In this document: positions 37,440 to 48,094 of the stretch, piece after piece
How the letters are laid out: each line of letters starts with the position of its first letter
Numbering within the stretch: position 1 is the first letter of the stretch
DNA from: a virus
Reading direction: 5' to 3' (one strand)
Virus record (IMG/VR): IMGVR_UViG_3300009130_000016
Location: 18,902 to 82,901 of that record
Length of the DNA: 64,000 bases
Position numbers and translations under genes: made by a program
The notes under the pieces: model-generated
Told to the model about the DNA's origin: nothing
Seen by the model: the letters and a program-made list of their open reading frames with translations, nothing else
Databases searched by the model: none

Positions 37440-40400
37440 ATGGAATTTCTTTTTGATCCAAATGACGAAGAAGAAAAGCTAAGGAAAAAAATTGAAGAGT
37501 ACTACGGAGACTTTTCAGATAACACCAGAAATAAGCTTTTTGCAAAAAACATAGAGAAACCAACTAGTGTATATGATCTAATGTACCCTAAACAAAGGGA
37601 ATATTTATTATCGAAAAATATTAGCATATTCGATAAAGAGTTAGATGAAACTAGTATGGCTATTAGAGATATGCTATTGTCTAAGAATAATGGCGAACAA
37701 GGAGACTTGTTGTCAGGGTCAGAAGGGTTTAGGAAATCTTTAGAGGCAAGAAACAGTATGTCTGAAAGAAGAGATGTTCTTGCTGAGCAATCCAATGAAA
37801 TGAGAAAGATCCTTATTTCAAAAGGAATTGTTAGAGATGCAGACTTGTTGGCTGATTCAGAAGGCATCAGAAGAGACAGTGTTGCCAAAAATAAAACAAT
37901 AGAAGTTTCAGAAGACAAACTTTCCGATAACTCAGAAGGTTATAGAGAAGGTTTAATATCTAAAAATGTAACCAAAGAGGGTGACTTACTTTCTAGGTCT
38001 GAAGAAACTAGAAATGCGAACATTTCAAAAATAACAACAAAAGAAGGTGATTTAAAAGCTGAGTCTGAGGATTTCAGAAAAATGAATATCCATAAAAATG
38101 AAAAGGATATTTCACTAGATCAAGTTTCTGACATAGAGACACAATCTGTTTCTTTCAGAGATGACTTGATAGCTAAAAATCTTGTTGGAAAAGACAAGAT
38201 TCCTTTAGACGAATTATTTGAAAGTGCAAGAAATGTTCTTTTAACAAAAGGTGTGTCTAATGGTGTGGATTTACTTGACATATCTGATGCGTTTAGAAAT
38301 GCATTGGTTTCAAAGAATGTTGGTGAACCTAGGGACATTGAGGAAGTGTTCGAAAGTATTAGAGAGGATCTTTTAAGTAAAAACAAACCGTTAAACAGCG
38401 AAGGGTTATTGGAGTCTTCGGAGCATTATAAAGATGATTTATTAAAAAGTAATGTAGTTAATGAAACTTCTCTTGAAGAATTATCGAAATCAATAAGAGA
38501 GGGTTTAATTTCTGCCAACGTAACTGTAAACAGTGAAGACATTGTTGGTTTATATGATTCTGTTAGAAATGGTTTATTAAGTAAAAACAAGTCAGAGGAT
38601 TTGAACTTGCTTGAGATTTTTAACAGTGAGAGAGAAAGGTTGTTATCTGCCAACAAAGGTAAGATTACAGACTTGTCTGTTGATTCAGAATCTTTCAGAG
38701 AAGGTCAAGTATCTAAGAACTCTACAAATGAAACAGATCTTGCAGCAGGTTCAGAACAATTTAGAACAGACTCGCTTTCATTAAATTCTCCAAAGGAGAG
38801 TGATATTGAATCCGATTCAGTTTTATTTAGAGATGGACTTCTTTCTAACAATAAACCTAACTCAAGTGATATTGAAACTGATTCGGTTTCGTTTAGAGAT
38901 GGACTTCTTTCTAATAACGTCCCTAAGTTTAGTGATATTGAAACTGATTCGGTTTCGTTTAGGGATGGGCTTCTTTCTAATAACGTCCCTAAGTTTAGTG
39001 ATTTAGAAGTTGACTCGATAACATTTAGAGATGGTTTGCTTGCCAACAATGTTACTAACTTTAGTGATATTGAAACAGACTCTATAACATTTAGAGATGA
39101 CTTACTTGCAGCGAATGTTCCTAACCCAAGTGACATTAAGACGGATTCTGTTCCGTTTAGAGATGGGCTACTTGCAGCAAACGTTCCCAATACAAGTGAC
39201 ATTGAGTCTGACTCAATAGGTTTTAGAGATGATTTGCTTGCAGCCAATATTCCAAACTTAAATGATATTGAAACTGATTCGGTTCCATTTAGAGATGGCT
39301 TGCTTTCAGCAAACATACCAAACCTAAGTGATATTGAAACTGATTCGGTTTCGTTTAGAGATGGACTTCTTTCTAATAACGTATCTACTCCTAGTGATTT
39401 ATTAGCTGATTCACAAAATTATTATGGAAACAACATATTAAACAACGTTCCAGTAAACACAGACCTGTTGATTGATTCCTTTGAGGCTAGAGAGGCATTG
39501 TTGTCATCGAACATTGGAAGTAATTCTGATTTATTGGCAAACTCAACAGAGCTTAGAAATCAATTACTTGCTAGAAACACTGGTGGATTAATTGGATTAA
39601 ATATTAGTGCAGCTGGTACGAGCACTTTCTTAGGTGTATCTAGGGTTTTAACTCAAGGTGTTCTTTATAGAGCATTATTACTTCCAAGAAGTAAATACAG
39701 AATAAGAAGAGATGAGTATCAAGACGGTGACGGAACGGTTATAGATGGTAATGTAACAACAAAAGAAGGTGCAACTACATCATTTGAAGAAGAAAGAGGT
39801 TTCTTGTTAGGAGGTAATGCATTCGAAATGGATTACAGTTTAACAACTTCTGATGCTGGTGCGTTATCGTTATTTGGTGCTGGTACAAGATTGGCTGATC
39901 AGACATATAGTCAAACCAGAGATGGTATCTTCTATGGAGATAAGCATACAGTTAGTCATCCAGAAGGAGATCAGTTACAAAACTCAACTGTTTTAGGTTC
40001 TGTAACCGAGGCAATCAGATCATTCAACATCTCTAGAAACACTTATGCAGTAGATAAGTCTTATGGAGTAAATAATTTAGAAGGTTTTTCTTACTTAAGC
40101 AATCTTTCTATAAATCCTAGAGTAGGATCAACAGGGGCTCTTATGCCAGACTTATTCCAAGACTTAATTCAAAAGAGTGTTGGTTCATTAAAACCTAATG
40201 TTAATGATTCTGCAGGAACTCCTACAACCCCGTCTTCAGTTATAATTGATAATGGAGGTGGTTATTTCAATAGTGATCCTGTTGATATTTTATCGAACAA
40301 CAATAAGGGTGGTACGATAGAATCAAATCCTGCTAAGTTAGCTGCAAACCAAGTTGTAGGGAACCCGTTTGACACGCCTGATTTCAGAAGTGGAACAAGA

Positions 40401-41528
40401 GGTGTTAAGAGAGTTATTAATTTGATTAAGAATTCTGATTTAGAATTTGCTTCTAACTATGATCCACAAAGAACTAAATCATATGTTACAGGGTTAAAGG
40501 CGGATAGTTCTACAAGGACAAATGCCCAAAGATACACAATAGCAAACCCTTACGCTCCAGGAAAGGCACAGAAGCTTAACTTTATGTTGCAAAATTACTC
40601 GAATGGAGAAAAGTTGTATTTACCACCTTACATCACTTCTATGCAACATAATAGTAGTGCAAGTTGGAACGAGGTAAATTTCCTTGGTAGACCAGAGGCG
40701 TTATACACGTACAACAACTCAAAGAGGGCTGGTAGTATATCTTTCTTTGTGTTGACCGATTATGCTTCACAAGTTGACATAGGTCTTGCAGATGGATTGG
40801 ATGGACCAACAACATTAACAGAGGCTTTTGACAAAAGCTTCTCTAGCGTAGCTATGGCAGATGCACTTGAGGCACAGCTTAAAGATGTAAATCAAAAGAT
40901 TTCTGAAAATGCAGAGATTCAACAAAGTACAGCTGCAGGAGAAACAGCTAAATTGAAAAAGGAGGAATCTGATTTGAAGAAGTTGAAAACGAAAATAGAG
41001 AAAGAGAAAAGAGAAGCGGATAAAAACAAATCTGTTGGGCCTCCTAATTATGCTGAGTCTAGTAAGGATAGTTACAACATATACAGAGATATTATTGGTA
41101 GCAACTCTAGTGCAGATGGTGAGATTGTTAGTACGATTGAAGACACTGAAACTAGGTTGGGTGAAATGAAGAATAAATTAAAGTTCCAGCCATCGTTCTT
41201 CTCTGGTGACAAAGTTGACTTTGTACATAGAATTGAATTCCTTGAGAAAATGACAAGACCATCAAGAAATAATGGTCCTGGGTTTTCATTCCTTAGACCG
41301 CCAGTGTGTCACATACATCTTGGAGATTGGCTTAATCATGATATAATTATTGAGAGTATAGATTATGATTATACTGATGCACCATGGACGTTAGACGGAT
41401 TGGGTAGAGTACAACCTATGTGGACTCAAGTAACAATGAGCTTTAACATTATTGGTAGATATAAACATGGTGCAGGAGACGCACTTACATCTACAGATAG
41501 AGGTGGTTTCTTCCGTCATCAAATATAA
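37440..41528 (+). CDS. Baseplate/tube-initiator-like protein with a long 22-aa repeat region
   Basis: C-terminal SASWNEVNFLGRPEALYTYNNSKR.GSISF and PP..HI.LGD...IIIESI pattern; lies directly after the tape measure gene. Confidence 0.65.
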   Translation: MEFLFDPNDEEEKLRKKIEEYYGDFSDNTRNKLFAKNIEKPTSVYDLMYPKQREYLLSKNISIFDKELDETSMAIRDMLLSKNNGEQGDLLSGSEGFRKSLEARNSMSERRDVLAEQSNEMRKILISKGIVRDADLLADSEGIRRDSVAKNKTIEVSEDKLSDNSEGYREGLISKNVTKEGDLLSRSEETRNANISKITTKEGDLKAESEDFRKMNIHKNEKDISLDQVSDIETQSVSFRDDLIAKNLVGKDKIPLDELFESARNVLLTKGVSNGVDLLDISDAFRNALVSKNVGEPRDIEEVFESIREDLLSKNKPLNSEGLLESSEHYKDDLLKSNVVNETSLEELSKSIREGLISANVTVNSEDIVGLYDSVRNGLLSKNKSEDLNLLEIFNSERERLLSANKGKITDLSVDSESFREGQVSKNSTNETDLAAGSEQFRTDSLSLNSPKESDIESDSVLFRDGLLSNNKPNSSDIETDSVSFRDGLLSNNVPKFSDIETDSVSFRDGLLSNNVPKFSDLEVDSITFRDGLLANNVTNFSDIETDSITFRDDLLAANVPNPSDIKTDSVPFRDGLLAANVPNTSDIESDSIGFRDDLLAANIPNLNDIETDSVPFRDGLLSANIPNLSDIETDSVSFRDGLLSNNVSTPSDLLADSQNYYGNNILNNVPVNTDLLIDSFEAREALLSSNIGSNSDLLANSTELRNQLLARNTGGLIGLNISAAGTSTFLGVSRVLTQGVLYRALLLPRSKYRIRRDEYQDGDGTVIDGNVTTKEGATTSFEEERGFLLGGNAFEMDYSLTTSDAGALSLFGAGTRLADQTYSQTRDGIFYGDKHTVSHPEGDQLQNSTVLGSVTEAIRSFNISRNTYAVDKSYGVNNLEGFSYLSNLSINPRVGSTGALMPDLFQDLIQKSVGSLKPNVNDSAGTPTTPSSVIIDNGGGYFNSDPVDILSNNNKGGTIESNPAKLAANQVVGNPFDTPDFRSGTRGVKRVINLIKNSDLEFASNYDPQRTKSYVTGLKADSSTRTNAQRYTIANPYAPGKAQKLNFMLQNYSNGEKLYLPPYITSMQHNSSASWNEVNFLGRPEALYTYNNSKRAGSISFFVLTDYASQVDIGLADGLDGPTTLTEAFDKSFSSVAMADALEAQLKDVNQKISENAEIQQSTAAGETAKLKKEESDLKKLKTKIEKEKREADKNKSVGPPNYAESSKDSYNIYRDIIGSNSSADGEIVSTIEDTETRLGEMKNKLKFQPSFFSGDKVDFVHRIEFLEKMTRPSRNNGPGFSFLRPPVCHIHLGDWLNHDIIIESIDYDYTDAPWTLDGLGRVQPMWTQVTMSFNIIGRYKHGAGDALTSTDRGGFFRHQI
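38799..39392 (+). repeat. Nine tandem 66-bp coding repeats (SDIETDSVSFRDGLLSNNVPKF consensus)
   Basis: Units start at 38799, 38865, 38931, 38997, 39063, 39129, 39195, 39261 and 39327; degenerate copies extend on both sides. Confidence 0.9.
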
Positions 41529-41567
41529 CTTTGTTTTTTAATAAAATAAGAATTAGATTATAACAAT

Positions 41568-41876
41568 ATGATAGATTTTGCAGCAATACTAAGAGATGGT
41601 CAAGAACTAAGGGCAATGCCTCCTTTTATTATAACAGATAGATCGACAGATGTTTTTGTGACATATAATAAGGAAAAAACTAGATTGGATAGGATTGCAG
41701 GTGATGTTTATTCAGATGCTACCAATTGGAGAATTATACTTTGGGCTAACCCAGAGTATTTTATAGAATTTGATATACCAGACAACACTCAAATCAGAGT
41801 TCCTTACCCATTGAGTGAAGTGCAGTTTGAGATAATATCAAAATTACAAAAAGGAAGAAACAGAGAAACAGTATAA
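41568..41876 (+). CDS. Baseplate wedge LysM-like protein (gp53/tail X-like)
   Basis: RLDRIAGDVY.D...WRII..ANP...IP....IRVP. Confidence 0.75.
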   Translation: MIDFAAILRDGQELRAMPPFIITDRSTDVFVTYNKEKTRLDRIAGDVYSDATNWRIILWANPEYFIEFDIPDNTQIRVPYPLSEVQFEIISKLQKGRNRETV

Positions 41877-44800
41877 TGGGAGTAATAGGTATAGAAACTT
41901 TTGATGAAAGTGAATTGAATCTACAGGTAAGATTAGATACTTGTGTAGATGGTGATGTTGCCATTGATTATACTGGTAAAAAATCTTATACCTTTGGGTT
42001 AATGAGAGAAGGGATTGGGTTTGGCATTACAGGCATAGACATTGATATCAATGCATCTCTACAGCCTGTAATAGAAATTACTTTTAAAGATCTTTATGGA
42101 AACACTTTGTTTGGAACTCAAAGAGTTGGTGGTCAACTTAGAGGTGATAACGAAGGTGCTTTTAACAAGCCCACAGAGATTGATTACTCAGTTTTATTTA
42201 ACTGGCCACCACCAAAGTTTTATTTCACATTTAAAGGATTTCTTGGTGAATCTGTAACTTGGATTTTAAACTTAAAAAAGACAAGTACGACATTTGACTC
42301 AAGTGATCAGTCATTTGTTTTGAAAGCTTCTTTTGTGCCAAATCAGTGGGGCTTCTTTGCAGACATGCCGTTTTTGTTCTTGTTGGCCGTTAAGTCTTTA
42401 AAAACAAAATTTGGAGATGGGACTGTAGAACCTGGATCTTTTACGACATTATATGATTTAATTAAGATTGGGAAAAAAGTAGAGGTTCAAAAAAATGAAA
42501 CCTCAAAAAAGTTCGATGCACTATTGAATCAGATATCTTCATATCAAAGCAACTTAGCTGGAGCTATTGAGATTTCGAAGGTTATAAAATATGACACAGA
42601 AATAACGGGTATTGTTGATGGTCTAAAAATAGATGGTTTTCAACCTTTTCAGGTGGTAAAGCCTGCTTCACATTCAACTGTTACAGATAAACTTGATGAT
42701 CAAGTTAAGTTTTTTTTAAACGATGCATCTAAGTTTGAAAAGTTTACAAAATTTTTGGCAACGGAAGCCACAATATTCGGAGATCAAAATTCAGAGGCAA
42801 ATAAGAAAAAAGCTGATGAGATAAGGAAGAAAACTATTGCTGATATAGATGCTTATGATACAGATGCAAAGAAGGCTGTGTTTGAAAATGTTATGCAAAA
42901 GATTGCAAATAACAGGAGGGCGATTGAGTTAAAAATACAAGAAACCACAATAACAACAACTGGTTCAGAGTTGGGTAAGTTAACTATATCCAATGTTTTG
43001 TCTAAAATAGCTGGTGATAGTGGATATATTTTAGGTAGGATTTTAGAAGCTGGATATGGCATCTTTAATGAAACACCGAACAAAACAGTATCAACAACTT
43101 CTGTTGGTGACACTGGGCCATCTTTACCAAGGGATATATCTGTGGGTGAAGCAAGAGGTGCTAGAAATTCACCAAACCTAATAGGTAAACACTTTCCTAT
43201 GATGATTAAGGAATCGAAAGAGGTTCCTGCAACGACTGAAAATTATGGTCAAGACATTGGTGTCGATAAATACGAGATGAAATTTGTGAAAGATTTTTTC
43301 ACAGCTATTTCAGATGGTATTGTAGAAAACAGGTTAAGTCTTGATGAGGCAAGTTTGAATGCAAGTCAAGATTCGAAAGTGATAAAGAGAGTTTCTAATG
43401 CAGAGATAACTCAAGAAAACCCTTATAAAGCAACATATGAAAGTATTACTACAAACATACTAGAGAGATCAGGTATCATTTCGTTTATAACGAGATCTTA
43501 TGATCCAAATAGGCCTGGAAACTACGGTAACACTACTAATTTTCAAAATGACAATAAACAGAATATTTTAAAACTTGCAAATGCAGATACTCAAAACATT
43601 ACTGAAGATTTGCTTAAGTCGGTTTTTGATGAAGATATTTTAAAACTAAAAAGGTTTTGTCTTTTCTTTAAGAATTTTTTTGATTCAAACGGAGGGGTTA
43701 AAACAACAAATGAAAGTGGTGTAACCGTTCCTTTACATAACCCTGACAGTGATGAGTTTAATGACCCAGCTGAAGAGGTTAAAGAATCTATGAACGCAAG
43801 AGTAAAAACAAGTGATTCTGGTGGGGAAACTGAGGTTGTTAATGCTTTTGATTTTTTTAGGGAAATAGAAACGTTATTGGTTGGAAGTCAAAGTACAGAT
43901 GCTATAAATGAAGTAGGTAGATTCACTAGTTTTTATCAGCTTAGAAGAATGGTGAATAACAACGTTCCTTATTCAGTTGAATCAGATAACGAAGCATCAG
44001 ATTCGAATGAAAATAGCAGAAATGGTTCCCACTATTATATGATTAGGTTTGAAGGTAGTGATGTTGCCACGGCTACTTCTGCTAACAGTAGCGACACTGA
44101 TGGTACTAAAGATAGTGAACATGATGATCCAAATGGTGTGTGGGATGCAGAGGAACCCATAGGACTTGTTAAAGTTAATTCTACAACAGGTGAGGGAGGA
44201 GAAGTTCTAGGTAGAGTTGAGTATTATGATTTTGATTATGCACAAAATAATAAAGTGTATGATTTTGAGAAAATGAAATCTGCAGGTCGTAATTACATAT
44301 CTAAAGGACATAACTCAACACCAACCACGTATCAGGCTAATCAAGTAACAGAGTTAGATGGTAGATATTTTGTTGATGAAACTGGTGGTGAAGCGTATCC
44401 AACGAATGCATCTAACACAGAATTTGTTTCATATGTAGTATCTGGTGGATATATATCAAATGATTTATTAAATTCTGAAGAGTTAGCAGAAAACCTCCCA
44501 AATGGTGGGATGGCTTTCACTATTTATTATCAAGCAGATAGATCTGATAATGATGATAATATTATCTGGGGTCCATTCTTAAACACTACTGAAGGTGTAA
44601 ACCAAAGAAGAGTTCTTTGGGCTTTGTGTAATAATTTGTACGAAAAATTACAAACTGAAGATCAGAGAAGAAGGGAATTGGTTGGTACCATTTTAGGAAA
44701 TGCATCTGAACAACAAGACGTTTTATATAAGCAGTTTCACTTATTGTTTAACCAATGGAATTTATTAGCATATAAGAATCAAGATTTTCTTGACACATCT

Positions 44801-45754
44801 AAAAAACGTCCTAATATATGTCTAAAACAACTTGGTGGTACTAATATTGCAAATTACTTAGAAAAACTTTTCGGTGATAAAGAAAAGCATTTAGATGTTT
44901 CAGGGGTTAGAGATCCTTCTTTGCCAAGTGATACTACTTTTAGATATGACTATCCAATGAACTCTATTGGTGAAAATGGGAATGTGAAAGTTTCTGAGGC
45001 ACTTATTAATATTGATCCTCTTTATAGCCCAAAAGCTAACACAACTGTTTTAAATGCTATTCAGCAGATATGTCAAAAGAATAATTTCATATTCATACCA
45101 ATACCTGGGAATGCGGATTATAGAAATGTTGGTAACATCTATAAGCCAAACCCTGCTGTTGCAGACATTAACATAAGAAATTATTTTCATGTGATGTTTG
45201 CTCCAACCCCAGAAAGGAGAGTGCAAGGAAACGAAGGGTCAACTACTCCAAATAATAGTGGAGATGATTTAAATATACAAGTAGATGCAATACAGTTTGA
45301 GTTTGGTAGTATTAGAAATAAGGTTGTGAAAAGTCTGAACGTTAGTACTGATGAAAACAAGATGACAGCTGAGAGTATTGTCAATCTACAAAGGTTGGTT
45401 GATAATGAAAATAGGAATAAAAAAGTTACAACAGATTGTTCTATGATCCCTGTATTAGAGGGTAGGAGTTATAAGGCAACAGCAGAAGTATTGGGTAATG
45501 CACAAATATACCCTATGCAGTATTTTTTTGTTCCAAAAATGCCTTTGTTTGGAGGCCTGTATCAAATTATGAAGGTTAAGCATAAAATAGAGCCTAATAA
45601 CATGACTACAACAGTAGAAGGTCTTAAAATTCTTTCTGCTGGAGGTAAATATGGAGGTCAGCCACCTGTTACATTAAAATCACTACAAGCAGAAATAGAT
45701 CAAGTTAATGTTGTAGACAATTCAAACACGAATACAAATACGAATAATACATAA
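41876..45754 (+). CDS. Large baseplate hub protein (gp27/VgrG-like ends)
   Basis: C-terminal RSY.A..E.LGNAQI.PMQYF....P.F.G.Y.I.KV.H.I; follows the LysM-like gene. Confidence 0.65.
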   Translation: MGVIGIETFDESELNLQVRLDTCVDGDVAIDYTGKKSYTFGLMREGIGFGITGIDIDINASLQPVIEITFKDLYGNTLFGTQRVGGQLRGDNEGAFNKPTEIDYSVLFNWPPPKFYFTFKGFLGESVTWILNLKKTSTTFDSSDQSFVLKASFVPNQWGFFADMPFLFLLAVKSLKTKFGDGTVEPGSFTTLYDLIKIGKKVEVQKNETSKKFDALLNQISSYQSNLAGAIEISKVIKYDTEITGIVDGLKIDGFQPFQVVKPASHSTVTDKLDDQVKFFLNDASKFEKFTKFLATEATIFGDQNSEANKKKADEIRKKTIADIDAYDTDAKKAVFENVMQKIANNRRAIELKIQETTITTTGSELGKLTISNVLSKIAGDSGYILGRILEAGYGIFNETPNKTVSTTSVGDTGPSLPRDISVGEARGARNSPNLIGKHFPMMIKESKEVPATTENYGQDIGVDKYEMKFVKDFFTAISDGIVENRLSLDEASLNASQDSKVIKRVSNAEITQENPYKATYESITTNILERSGIISFITRSYDPNRPGNYGNTTNFQNDNKQNILKLANADTQNITEDLLKSVFDEDILKLKRFCLFFKNFFDSNGGVKTTNESGVTVPLHNPDSDEFNDPAEEVKESMNARVKTSDSGGETEVVNAFDFFREIETLLVGSQSTDAINEVGRFTSFYQLRRMVNNNVPYSVESDNEASDSNENSRNGSHYYMIRFEGSDVATATSANSSDTDGTKDSEHDDPNGVWDAEEPIGLVKVNSTTGEGGEVLGRVEYYDFDYAQNNKVYDFEKMKSAGRNYISKGHNSTPTTYQANQVTELDGRYFVDETGGEAYPTNASNTEFVSYVVSGGYISNDLLNSEELAENLPNGGMAFTIYYQADRSDNDDNIIWGPFLNTTEGVNQRRVLWALCNNLYEKLQTEDQRRRELVGTILGNASEQQDVLYKQFHLLFNQWNLLAYKNQDFLDTSKKRPNICLKQLGGTNIANYLEKLFGDKEKHLDVSGVRDPSLPSDTTFRYDYPMNSIGENGNVKVSEALINIDPLYSPKANTTVLNAIQQICQKNNFIFIPIPGNADYRNVGNIYKPNPAVADINIRNYFHVMFAPTPERRVQGNEGSTTPNNSGDDLNIQVDAIQFEFGSIRNKVVKSLNVSTDENKMTAESIVNLQRLVDNENRNKKVTTDCSMIPVLEGRSYKATAEVLGNAQIYPMQYFFVPKMPLFGGLYQIMKVKHKIEPNNMTTTVEGLKILSAGGKYGGQPPVTLKSLQAEIDQVNVVDNSNTNTNTNNT

Positions 45755-45756
45755 TA

Positions 45757-46299
45757 ATGGCGATAGACACAAGTTTAGTATGGGATCAGGATGTAACTGT
45801 TCCATCTGTTAATAAATTAAACGATACTATTAAGGATAAAGTGTTTCAGTTTATCCTTATGGCTCAAAGAGAAAGCATATTCCTTAGAGTTCCTACTAAT
45901 GGTGGATACATTTCATTCGATGACCAAGAGGCAAAATTTAACGGTGGGTTTTCTAAGGTTTTGCCTGGAGGAACATTTCATAATTTCGGATTAGCATTCG
46001 ATGTTTTACCTTTAACTAAGACCAAATACACTTTAGACCAAAGGTTGAGTGATGGAAAGAGGACGTTGACAGATGAGAAGTGGCAAAGAGTTGGTCAAAT
46101 TGGAAGGCTGTTAGGATTCGAGTGGGGTGGAGATTGGTTGACCAATGATGATCCTCATCCAAAGTTTGATAGTGCACATTTTCAATTGCCAAGAGATATT
46201 ATTACAACAGAAGAATTGAGAGGTTTAAGAACAACTCAAGGGGTTGATGTTGTAGTATTACCAGATGAAATTAAAGAGGATTTCAATTCTCAAGATTGA
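45757..46299 (+). CDS. M15-family peptidoglycan peptidase (L-Ala-D-Glu peptidase-like lysin)
   Basis: FHNFGLAFD, GFEWGGDW and FDSAHFQ zinc-binding motifs. Confidence 0.82.
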   Translation: MAIDTSLVWDQDVTVPSVNKLNDTIKDKVFQFILMAQRESIFLRVPTNGGYISFDDQEAKFNGGFSKVLPGGTFHNFGLAFDVLPLTKTKYTLDQRLSDGKRTLTDEKWQRVGQIGRLLGFEWGGDWLTNDDPHPKFDSAHFQLPRDIITTEELRGLRTTQGVDVVVLPDEIKEDFNSQD

Positions 46300-46343
46300 T
46301 AATTGAAACTTTTTACTTATATTTGCTGTTATTATAAGCAAGT

Positions 46344-47981
46344 ATGAGAGTTCTAAAGGTATGTAACATATTCTGTACAGAAGAAATAGACTTTGAGATG
46401 TTGAAAACATATCTCAAGGATTTCCCTGTGTACCTTAGTCAAGAAGACAGTGTTTTGGAAGAAGATGTTCCTTCTATTATTGTTGGTTGGAACTATATTA
46501 AGGAGAAATACCCAGACCAAAACATATACGACAAGAAGATTGCTGATACAAACTTGTCTTGGACGTTCTCTCACAATGAAGAGAAAGAAAGTTTCCTCGA
46601 AGATATAAAGTTATTTGTTAATACTGAGATAAAAAGGTGGTTGCCGAAGGATTTTATCATATATGATCCATTTTTTAACGGAGGCCCAAAGGCTTTTATT
46701 GATAAATACATAGATTTCGACAATCCTACGTTCACTTATTACCATAAGGGTGCTTTATATGTGTCAAATAACGATAATAACTACTCATTTAACATGAATT
46801 CGTTATTGTATGCAGATGAACGGTACGGTGAACAGATAATCGATTTCTTAAACGAAAGAAACGTTGTTGTATTTTCTTATTCCAATGTAGATGAGCTTGT
46901 TGATTGTAATAAGTTGAAGAATCCATCATTCGATTCTATTATATGGGCCAAGTTTGGTGTTGAAATAGATGATGAAAAGCAATTTAACATCATACCGAAC
47001 TTTAATTACCAAAAATATGCACCATTCTTCATGAGTTTTATGGGGATCCCTGATTTAGACAAGGAAGACAGAAAGTTTGCTGAACGAATGGTAAAAAGGG
47101 ACAAGGTTACAAGATATTGCTCTACAAGAAAGATTGCTATAAGCAAGACGTTGAAAATACCAGGGAAGAAAGTAATTGAATCAGATGATTGTAACTTTGT
47201 AAACGTAAACTTCTCCAACAAAAGAACTCTTACAAACAGAGTTGTGTGTAAGGATAAGTGGAACGTTCAAAATGAGCCAAAAGATTCTCCTAGAAGAAAA
47301 GAAATGGTGAGTAGGTTCAAAGGTGGGCAGTTACTTGTTTGTGATTATCAATCTTTTGAGACATGGATTTCAATTTACCTTACTAAGAACGAGAATTTCA
47401 TAAACTATTTCAAAGGTAAGGATGTTCATGCAGAAGTAGGTAGGTCTTTATACGGAAAACGTGAGTTGGCTAGTGAAGAGAGGAAGTTTGCCAAGATATT
47501 GAACCATTCAATGTTGTATGGTGCCTCTTATAATAAGCTTGTGGCAATGATTGGTGAAAAGGATATACAAGAGCCACAAGAGAAGCTTTATTATGTACAA
47601 AGGCTTCTTAGGCCCATTGTTGAAAACTCCAAGTTAATCAATGAAGAGGTTAAGAAGAAAGGTTATTCAGTAACATCTTGGGGATCTATTGTAAAGCCTG
47701 ATAAGAGTTATGCAGCTTACAACAATCTGGTTCAAACAACGGCATCGGAAATGTTGATTGATAAAATTGAAACCATAAGGAATTGTTTGTCTAACAAGAG
47801 AAGTGATTTTGTGTTCCAGGTTCATGATTCTCTTATTTTTGATATTTCACCACAGGATAAGGGTGTGATACCTGAGATCCTAAACATTCTATCCATCTTT
47901 GGGAAACGGAATTTCCCAATTACTTATAAAACAGGTAGTAACTATGCTGAACTCTCCGAAGAGTTAGTTTTTTCAGAATAA
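46344..47981 (+). CDS. Family A DNA polymerase core without recognisable exonuclease domains
   Basis: Motif A CDYQSFE, motif B RKFAKILNHSMLYG, motif C FQVHDSLIFD, N.VQ.TA. Confidence 0.85.
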   Translation: MRVLKVCNIFCTEEIDFEMLKTYLKDFPVYLSQEDSVLEEDVPSIIVGWNYIKEKYPDQNIYDKKIADTNLSWTFSHNEEKESFLEDIKLFVNTEIKRWLPKDFIIYDPFFNGGPKAFIDKYIDFDNPTFTYYHKGALYVSNNDNNYSFNMNSLLYADERYGEQIIDFLNERNVVVFSYSNVDELVDCNKLKNPSFDSIIWAKFGVEIDDEKQFNIIPNFNYQKYAPFFMSFMGIPDLDKEDRKFAERMVKRDKVTRYCSTRKIAISKTLKIPGKKVIESDDCNFVNVNFSNKRTLTNRVVCKDKWNVQNEPKDSPRRKEMVSRFKGGQLLVCDYQSFETWISIYLTKNENFINYFKGKDVHAEVGRSLYGKRELASEERKFAKILNHSMLYGASYNKLVAMIGEKDIQEPQEKLYYVQRLLRPIVENSKLINEEVKKKGYSVTSWGSIVKPDKSYAAYNNLVQTTASEMLIDKIETIRNCLSNKRSDFVFQVHDSLIFDISPQDKGVIPEILNILSIFGKRNFPITYKTGSNYAELSEELVFSE

Positions 47982-47983
47982 TT

Positions 47984-48015
47984 AAAAAAAGTTGTCAATT
48001 TTGGCAACTTTTTTT
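47984..48015. terminator. Intrinsic terminator
   Basis: aaaaaaagttgtcaa-tt-ttggcaacttttttt. Confidence 0.7.
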
Positions 48016-48094
48016 GTTTTTGCTATTGATTTTACTTTGCTAATTTTTTAAATTCTCTTATAAGAACATTAGTAAAATATAAATAATAGTAATA

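Noticed and set aside
38799-39392. Regular 66-bp repeats as a possible CRISPR array
   Set aside because: The period is a multiple of 3, the units are in frame within a 1362-aa ORF, variation is largely codon-wise, there are no unique spacers and no cas genes.
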